This document shows positions 6,279 through 11,465 of a stretch of 11,465 nt of DNA, one piece after another. The DNA is taken from positions 1 through 11,465 of the forward strand of contig JAWBRA010000041.1 of the NCBI GenBank assembly GCA_038844785.1, in the 5' to 3' direction. The position numbers and the translations under genes were made by a program. Positions within the stretch are counted from its first letter, which is position 1. Each line of letters begins with the position of its first letter. This DNA comes from Candidatus Caldarchaeum sp. (lineage in GTDB: Archaea > Thermoproteota > Nitrososphaeria_A > Caldarchaeales > Caldarchaeaceae). The notes beneath the pieces were generated by a model. That model worked only from the letters and a program-made list of their open reading frames with translations. It had not been told where the DNA came from and made no database searches.

Positions 6279-7281
6279 GTAGCTCCACACCTCCCACCAG
6301 TATGCTTACGTACGTTTTCTCCGACTCAGGTCTTCGGGCTAGGAGTGTTTTCACCTCTATGGGCTGTGAGCCCAGCACGTCTCTAAGCTGTTCCGGTAGG
6401 GCCTCCACGTGCTGCGGCGTCAGCTGACCTCTGCCAGCCTCCATCACAGCTAGGCACGATATTTTGTTTAATCCTTTGGCTATGGGTGACAGCATGCTGG
6501 AGTCGTGCTGGGAGAGGTTTTGTATTTCGGCGGGTGTTGGGAGAGTGTAGGTCATGGCTATTACGGGGGCTGGCTTGAGGATTCTTCTCAGGTCGCTGCT
6601 GTCTATGACTGTTATCGCTTTTGGGTTCGACATGGCTCTGAGAACCGTGTTGAGAGGTTTCACTATTCTTTCGTTGGCTGTGTTGAGGGCTTTGGTGAAA
6701 TCGGTATCCATAAAGTCTCTTATCAGGTATGAGTTGCTGGCCGGTATGACTGGGGCGTGTTTACATGCCTGCTGGAGGGCTTTGACGGCTCTCCTCCGTG
6801 TCTCATCACCCTCCCAAGCAAACGGCAGGGTGAATATCCCAAGCACGCAGGAGTTTGGATACTTTTTCACGAGGTCTTCTAGGAGGGCTGGCCCTGCTCC
6901 GGAACCGCAGCCAAAACCCAGAGTAGCTATGACCGGTACGAGGTCTATCCTGTCGTAGCCTTTCTCCTCAGCTATTTTTTTAGGAAGCTCCAATATCTCC
7001 TGTCTGGAGGGGCTTTCCAGATAGTCTCTCCTGCCTTTCTCAGGGTTCATGCCGCTTCCTGTCCCATCCCCTATTACATACAGGCCTCTCTGCTGGTAGC
7101 CTTTGAGCTGCTCGATGTCCATCCTGCTGCTGCTTATGCATACCGCTTCAACGCCTGAAAGCCTCTGAGCAATCCACCTTCCTCCCGGCCCTCTTCCGTG
7201 GACTAGGGTTGCGGCGAGACGGCTTCCGCCGCTTCCAACCCCGTATACCACGGGTATCGTTATGGTTGGCTGGCCTGACAT
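6271..7281 (-). CDS. Divergent tubulin/FtsZ-superfamily GTPase (FtsZ/CetZ/TubZ-like), 336 aa
   Basis: GVGSGGSRLA (T1), GTGSGMNPEKG (T3), TLGFGCGSGAGP (T4 signature variant, 6898-6918), TLPFAWEG..RRRA and VIDSSDLRRIL (T7); strong GGAGGTGA SD. Confidence 0.9.
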   Translation of the reverse strand: MSGQPTITIPVVYGVGSGGSRLAATLVHGRGPGGRWIAQRLSGVEAVCISSSRMDIEQLKGYQQRGLYVIGDGTGSGMNPEKGRRDYLESPSRQEILELPKKIAEEKGYDRIDLVPVIATLGFGCGSGAGPALLEDLVKKYPNSCVLGIFTLPFAWEGDETRRRAVKALQQACKHAPVIPASNSYLIRDFMDTDFTKALNTANERIVKPLNTVLRAMSNPKAITVIDSSDLRRILKPAPVIAMTYTLPTPAEIQNLSQHDSSMLSPIAKGLNKISCLAVMEAGRGQLTPQHVEALPEQLRDVLGSQPIEVKTLLARRPESEKTYVSILVGGVELHG

Positions 7282-7550
7282 GTGTTCACCTCCTCCATAA
7301 GCTTGAGCAGTCTTACCTGCCAGTCTTCCCCAAGCATCTTCAAAGACAGGTTGACTATGCGTGAGAGTAAAATATGGCTGGCGAGAGGGTCTTCAGCGTC
7401 TTCGAAGAACCGTTTCAGCCTCGAAACTACCTCCTCAGGCGGAAGGGTGCTGTCCAAGCCCAGCATTTCAGGAAGCTTGACGTAAACTTTCTGAGCAGCC
7501 GAAACTAAGGCGTTGGACAGCGTCCACTCCTCCCAAGGTTTTGTGAGCAT
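7260..7550 (-). CDS. Small alpha-helical hypothetical protein, first gene of the tubulin-like operon, 96 aa
   Basis: ATG 7550 (TTG 7556 alternative) lies 20 nt below a partial promoter element (GTTAAATCCATAA, 7570-7582); overlaps the tubulin-like start by 22 nt. Confidence 0.7.
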   Translation of the reverse strand: MLTKPWEEWTLSNALVSAAQKVYVKLPEMLGLDSTLPPEEVVSRLKRFFEDAEDPLASHILLSRIVNLSLKMLGEDWQVRLLKLMEEVNTCQASQP

Positions 7551-7669
7551 CTGCAAGCTGTGCGGCAGCTTATGGATTTAACCATATGGACATGTCTGAG
7601 CCGTTCCTGTGAGTTTTTCAGCGCTGTTAGCCGTTGACAGGAAGGCTTCACCCCCTCAAGCGTGGGAAT

Positions 7670-7866
7670 CGTCAATTGTCTAAAGCCTTCAGAAAGACCT
7701 GATTCCCCGAAGTTTCGGCTTTCTGGACGGGGGTTTATCCGCATGCTACGGTAATACGTTTCGGAGAATTTTTGACACATTGAAAGTGGGCCTAAATCCC
7801 TGAAGTTTCGCCTCTCCACAGAGGTGGGGTGTAAAAATAATGACGCTTTACGTCAAACGTCTAAAG
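7670..7866. repeat. Two pairs of imperfect direct repeats in the long intergenic region upstream of the tubulin-like operon
   Basis: CCTGATTCCCCGAAGTTTCGGCTTTC (7698-7723) vs CCTAAATCCCTGAAGTTTCGCCTCTC (7791-7816), 21/26; CGTCAATTGTCTAAAG (7670-7685) vs CGTCAAACGTCTAAAG (7851-7866), 14/16. Confidence 0.6.
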
Positions 7867-7912
7867 AAGGGTTGTGTGTCAATATGTTGAAGGGGTTGTC
7901 TCTTTGGCGGTT

Positions 7913-9268
7913 TCATGAGAACACGTCGTCCAAATCCTCAGGCTTAACTCCTAACCTTTCTCTGGGAACCGCCTTAGCATTTACATGTCTGTGTCTCGAG
8001 CTGACGTAGTAGGCTGTGGAGAGGGCGGCCGCAGCCAAGCCGGCAACACCTATCGTCGGCAGGTCTGGCTCGAGAACGTATACCGCCTCGACGGTCTTCG
8101 GCGAGTCTATTCTCAGCGTCAGCGGGCCTTTAACCGAGCATAGGTCGCCGCAGTCGCCTGAAAAACCCTTGAAGCTCCTCTTCACGAAGAGAAGGGCTTG
8201 AACCTCGTTCGGCACCCTCACCACAGCAGCGGAGCCCTCCTCATACCATCCAGCCCCAGAGCTGCCGGCGGGAGATTTAACATCGACACGGTACTCGGTC
8301 ACGTAAACAGCCTTTACGTTCAAAGGCCTTTTCACAACGACGTTGAACGTGTTAGTATTGCTGCTCAGGTCTCCGCTCCAGCGTTTGAACGCCAGCCTCA
8401 CTGAATCTGGCTTGATGTCGATGTAAGCTGGGGTGGAAATCTGTAGCAGTTCTCCTTCACGGAACCATCCGGCCAGCACAACTCCCTGAGGACCTGTTGC
8501 GTTCACGAGGAAATACCTGTCGTACACGGCCTTGATTACGTGAGGCGCTCTAACCTCAACAGCCGTGACGGGGCTGGGAGCGTTGTGTACAATGACGGGG
8601 CTTGCCCCTATCGAGACCCATTCCCTGAACACAAGCTTCTCACCCTCCGACAACCAAACCTCTTTAGGGGCGGAAATCACCGCAACCTCTCCCTCACGAT
8701 ACCAGCCTGTCCCGTTCACCACAGCGCCGGAGGAAACCACCTGCAACAATACCTCTTTCCTAAACCTCAGCTCTACGTAGAGAGGCTCTAACACGACTAT
8801 GGTGTTGGTTGTGTTGAAAGGCGTCTCACCCCTACTCCACCTCTCGAAGACGTACCTGTAGCCTGCTTCAACGGTTTCGCGTTGGGCCTCCAGCAAAACC
8901 CTCTCACCCCTCACAGCCCAGAAGCTTCTCCTAAAACGTTCGTAGTTAGAGTCCACAACCACGAGAAGCTCCTCCGCATACACCGCCTCATACGTTCCGG
9001 GACGGTCTACTTTGATGCAGGGCTCCGTCCCCCCGCCCAGCCAGCCCCGGAAGACAAGCCTCTTTTCAGGCGTGACGTAATGCACCAGCTCTCGGACGCA
9101 GGCCGTCGAGCCTACTGAAACTGTTGCAGGTGTTTTCTCTACAACCTGTCCCTCAACAACCATGGGGAGGCCGTGCCTGTTCCACACGACGGCCTCGGCA
9201 GCCTCAACCGTACGAGTCAGGGAAAACAGGACCAAGAAAGCGGCTACTAGAAACAGTCCAGCCCTCAA
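7913..9268 (-). CDS. Cell-surface protein with about five tandem ~75-aa beta-rich repeats (divergent InlB B-repeat-like) and C-terminal TM anchor, 451 aa
   Basis: Signal peptide RAGLFLVAAFLVLFSLTRTVEA. Repeated GWYREG/GWFREG/GWYEEG, (L/Y)(V/A)FxxW and (V/I/Y)xAVY motifs. TM TIGVAGLAAAALSTAYYV plus charged tail. Start placed at TTG 9268 (TTGA overlap, GAGGGGTG SD). Confidence 0.8.
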   Translation of the reverse strand: MRAGLFLVAAFLVLFSLTRTVEAAEAVVWNRHGLPMVVEGQVVEKTPATVSVGSTACVRELVHYVTPEKRLVFRGWLGGGTEPCIKVDRPGTYEAVYAEELLVVVDSNYERFRRSFWAVRGERVLLEAQRETVEAGYRYVFERWSRGETPFNTTNTIVVLEPLYVELRFRKEVLLQVVSSGAVVNGTGWYREGEVAVISAPKEVWLSEGEKLVFREWVSIGASPVIVHNAPSPVTAVEVRAPHVIKAVYDRYFLVNATGPQGVVLAGWFREGELLQISTPAYIDIKPDSVRLAFKRWSGDLSSNTNTFNVVVKRPLNVKAVYVTEYRVDVKSPAGSSGAGWYEEGSAAVVRVPNEVQALLFVKRSFKGFSGDCGDLCSVKGPLTLRIDSPKTVEAVYVLEPDLPTIGVAGLAAAALSTAYYVSSRHRHVNAKAVPRERLGVKPEDLDDVFS

Positions 9269-9927
9269 AGCCCGACACCCCTCAGTATAGCCTGCCGGGA
9301 GATGGAGGAAAGACATGCCACCATCAGCAACGCATAGCATAGCTGAACAAGTCTACGGGTTCTCCCGTCAGACGTTTCGAGAGCTCTACAGCCTACAGCT
9401 GTAGCGGACGCTAGAAAGGTTGCTGCATACCTTCCCAAGGAGACGAGGCCTGTGTCGCCAGCCACCGCCATAGCAACGACGGAGAATGCGGAAGGCCAGA
9501 AGAGGCTGACATCCCTGCCGCCCGTGGGTAGGAGAAGCAGGATAAGCGTCAAGAATGCTAACGGTATAACGGCTGAGCCCATGTAGAGAAAGCCGAGAAA
9601 CGGTATGGCTAGAACAACCTTTCCCTGAACCCTCTCCCAGCCAACATGCTCCACATACCCCGGCTGGGCGTCAGCAGTAACGAGCAAACCGTCAACCCCA
9701 ACCTCCACAACCCTGTGCATCAGCTTATAACCCGAGCCGGCCATAGCGTACACCACAACATCCCCTTGGTAGAACCGTTCATCCCTGACGGCCACGACCA
9801 AAGAGCCTGCCGGAATGCTCGGCTCCATGCTTCCAGTAGCAACATAATGTATGGAGACCGTTCCCGTCGCGATAGCGTAAGCCGCCAGCAACACGGAGGC
9901 CGTCAGTATGGGGGTGGAAAGCCTCAA
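9265..9927 (-). CDS. Signal peptidase I, S26B (Sec11/SipW type), with extra C-terminal TM helices, 220 aa
   Basis: VATGSMEPSI (catalytic Ser), GDVVVY, LMHRVV (catalytic His), VQGKVVLAIPFLG; TTGA overlap with the upstream gene. Confidence 0.9.
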   Translation of the reverse strand: MRLSTPILTASVLLAAYAIATGTVSIHYVATGSMEPSIPAGSLVVAVRDERFYQGDVVVYAMAGSGYKLMHRVVEVGVDGLLVTADAQPGYVEHVGWERVQGKVVLAIPFLGFLYMGSAVIPLAFLTLILLLLPTGGRDVSLFWPSAFSVVAMAVAGDTGLVSLGRYAATFLASATAVGCRALETSDGRTRRLVQLCYALLMVACLSSISRQAILRGVGL

Positions 9928-10298
9928 GGCTGGGTCACCCTAACCCTAACCTGAGCAGGATAGTCATAAGGACATGAAGGGTTTAATTGGATGGCGAGCT
10001 GTGTGGGTGCGCTGCTGAGAAAGGCTGATGTGGAGCCGTAGGAGCTGCACCCACCCACAGTTACGAAAACCTCCACAAGATACGTTCCAGACACGGAGCT
10101 GGAGACGGTTACGGTCGCAGAATTGATGGTGTTCGCCGCGACGCTCACCCTTAAAACCCTGACATCTACTTTCTTCACATCGACAATCCCTGAACCGCCC
10201 GCCTGAGAAACAGAACCCGTCGAAACTGCTAAAGAATAGACCGCCATGGAGACGGACGTTAAAAGCAAAACAACTATCAGAAGATTTTTACGTCCCAT
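9924..10298 (-). CDS. Secreted beta-rich protein, paralog 3 (putative minor fibre subunit), ~124 aa
   Basis: Signal peptide MGRKNLLIVVLLLTSVSMAVYS; QAGGSGIVDV matches QLGGTGLVDV of paralog 1; two Cys; alternative ATG at 10310. Confidence 0.75.
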   Translation of the reverse strand: MGRKNLLIVVLLLTSVSMAVYSLAVSTGSVSQAGGSGIVDVKKVDVRVLRVSVAANTINSATVTVSSSVSGTYLVEVFVTVGGCSSYGSTSAFLSSAPTQLAIQLNPSCPYDYPAQVRVRVTQP

Positions 10299-10300
10299 AA

Positions 10301-10741
10301 CTATATACATGTTGGCATTTCCAGACAGTTGATGACGTGGAACACGCGAACTATGCAGGTCCGAACAGCAGCTACGCTGTCAGCAGGCACTGGAGTCGAA
10401 AAAGGAAGTGTCTCGGTATGTGTGCCGGAGCTCCGAAAACCGCAGACAGCTGTGCTTGCTGCAAGCAGGTTTCCGTTAGAATCGTACAACCCCGCCTGCC
10501 TCACGTAGGCTGACCCGGTTGTAACAATGAAGGTGACTCTCACGCGGTTTACATTCTGTCCCGTCAAAAGCAATTGAGCCGCGGTCATCCTGCTACCGGT
10601 TATAAAGTCTCTACCCAGCTCGTAAGTTGTGTCAGGCCTGTTCGGAAGGACGGACACTTGGCTAACTGTTAAAACTACTGACAGAGCCAGCGAGGAGACA
10701 AAAAATAAAAAGGTTGCTGCGACCAGCAGGCTAGTTCTCAA
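10301..10741 (-). CDS. Secreted beta-rich protein, paralog 2 (putative minor or tip fibre subunit), 146 aa
   Basis: Signal peptide; LTGQNVNRVRV..TGSAY..LYDSNGNLLA aligns with LTG..VDRVNV..TGATY..LYDSANTVIS of paralog 1; overlaps the upstream stop. Confidence 0.75.
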   Translation of the reverse strand: MRTSLLVAATFLFFVSSLALSVVLTVSQVSVLPNRPDTTYELGRDFITGSRMTAAQLLLTGQNVNRVRVTFIVTTGSAYVRQAGLYDSNGNLLAASTAVCGFRSSGTHTETLPFSTPVPADSVAAVRTCIVRVFHVINCLEMPTCI

Positions 10742-11138
10742 CGATTACTACCTCAACCCTGTAGACATCCCTCGGGTCTACGTTCGGGTTTACGTCCACC
10801 ACCGTGGTCACCTGACTGCTGCTGGCAGGCTGGTTTGCCGAGCCAGAGCTGATGACTGTGTTGGCGCTGTCGTAGAGCGTAACGTAGACCGTGTACGTTG
10901 CGCCAGTGGTCTTGGCCGTGGTCCACTGAACGTTGACACGGTCAACCCGGAATGGCGCTGTACCTGTGAGAGTCCATGAAACCTTTGAGACTTGACAAGG
11001 GTTGGCTGGACAGTTTACGTCAACCAGCCCTGTTCCACCAAGCTGTGCCACTTCGCTGCTGGTCAACGCTATGGCCACCGCATAGACCGTCGTCACCAGA
11101 AGAACGGGCAAGAGGCCTGCAACTAAAAGCAGCCTCAT
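10731..11138 (-). CDS. Secreted beta-rich protein, paralog 1 (putative major fibre subunit), 135 aa
   Basis: Class I signal peptide ending VYA; Thr/Val/Ser-rich beta pattern; CPANPC; no membrane anchor; TATA-like AATAAATA (11161-11168, minus strand) 23-30 nt upstream. Confidence 0.8.
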   Translation of the reverse strand: MRLLLVAGLLPVLLVTTVYAVAIALTSSEVAQLGGTGLVDVNCPANPCQVSKVSWTLTGTAPFRVDRVNVQWTTAKTTGATYTVYVTLYDSANTVISSGSANQPASSSQVTTVVDVNPNVDPRDVYRVEVVIVEN

Positions 11139-11211
11139 GTCGTTTGCTTATACGAAGATGTATTTATTCTGATAATATGTCTCAGGCCGCTCCTGTACGT
11201 ACATGCACCTC

Positions 11212-11225
11212 GTCATTGTTTTGAC
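11212..11225. promoter_or_regulatory. GTCA-N6-TGAC palindromic operator-like site between divergent promoters
   Basis: cGTCATTGTTTTGACg; same 14-bp span as the sites at 3591 and 3664. Confidence 0.5.
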
Positions 11226-11260
11226 GGTGGGGTTAGGACTGTCATTTTGATTCAAGTGAT

Positions 11261-11284
11261 GGCCGCATCAGCTAATATACTTGG
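11261..11284 (+). promoter_or_regulatory. Degenerate copy of the 24-bp promoter element
   Basis: GGCCGCATCAGCTAATATACTTGG, 17/24 identical to the RNR-gene copy; in-frame GTG 11303 lies 19 nt downstream. Confidence 0.55.
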
Positions 11285-11302
11285 AAGATTAGGTGGTTTG
11301 TG

Positions 11303-11465
11303 GTGGACATGGAGCGTGGACAGCTTCTGTTCAGCGGCAGGGGTTTCAGGACGCTGGGACAGCTGATACTGGAGTGGATTGTAGGGCTTATAGCCGTCTT
11401 CTCGCTTTTTATGGCCGTTTTCAACCCGTTAATGCTGCTTGTGGCCCTAGCCTTCGGATACCTTC
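11303..11465 (+). CDS. Membrane protein, 5' part only (runs off the window)
   Basis: Not in the ORF track. Open from GTG 11303/ATG 11309: MERGQLLFSGRGFRTLGQLILEWIVGLIAVFSLFMAVFNPLMLLVALAFGYL..., with two hydrophobic segments. Confidence 0.65.
   Translation, partial: MDMERGQLLFSGRGFRTLGQLILEWIVGLIAVFSLFMAVFNPLMLLVALAFGYL

Noticed and set aside
6271-7281. Naming the GTPase ftsZ or cetZ
   Set aside because: The signature loop and T7 loop are divergent, there is no FtsZ tail, and the context is not a division cluster; the subfamily cannot be fixed without a phylogeny.
7505-8009. ORFs 7505-7819 (-) and 7824-8009 (+)
   Set aside because: No recognisable motifs; they overlap real genes or their promoter and run through the DNA repeats, so they are probably spurious.
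9269-9340. N-terminal extension of the surface repeat protein
   Set aside because: It overlaps the signal peptidase gene; TTG 9268 has an SD, a TTGA coupling and begins a clean signal peptide.
9924-11138. Three small secreted proteins read as type IV pilins or archaellins
   Set aside because: No class III signal (basic residues-Gly followed by a retained hydrophobic helix), and no prepilin peptidase or ATPase nearby; the neighbour is a class I signal peptidase.
10-11224. Numerous antisense or alternative-frame ORFs in the track (e.g. 10-201, 801-1181, 880-1290, 1701-1985, 2601-2870, 5433-5744, 6554-6958, 8016-9342, 9646-9954, 10629-11224)
   Set aside because: They are shadows of better-supported genes and lack motifs, promoters or SD support.

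Overview
Archaeal DNA, judged from TATA-like promoters ~25-30 nt before leaderless starts, GGAGGTG-type SD sites, an S26B signal peptidase and an archaeal-type DnaG domain. It reads like an accessory region, virus or extrachromosomal element rather than core chromosome, although no capsid, integrase or replicase is visible. From left to right: the 5' part of an ATP-cone ribonucleotide reductase (probably class II, missed by the ORF track), a MYG1-family nuclease, a wHTH/Zn-finger regulator with a small Zn protein, and a membrane-anchored metzincin on a coiled-coil stalk. Next come two paralogous Zn-finger proteins, a stand-alone N-terminal domain of archaeal DnaG and a PC4-like protein. These are followed by a three-gene operon built around a divergent tubulin/FtsZ-family GTPase, with a repeat-bearing 360-bp upstream region. 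The window ends with a five-gene operon of three paralogous secreted beta-proteins, a SipW/Sec11-type signal peptidase and a repeat-containing membrane anchor (candidate TasA/AbpA-like fibre system). A conserved 24-bp promoter element (GGCCTCATCCGCTTAAATCCATCA) lies about 18-24 nt upstream of many start codons, and a GTCA-N6-TGAC palindrome occurs three times. All family calls come from motif recognition by eye; no database search was run.
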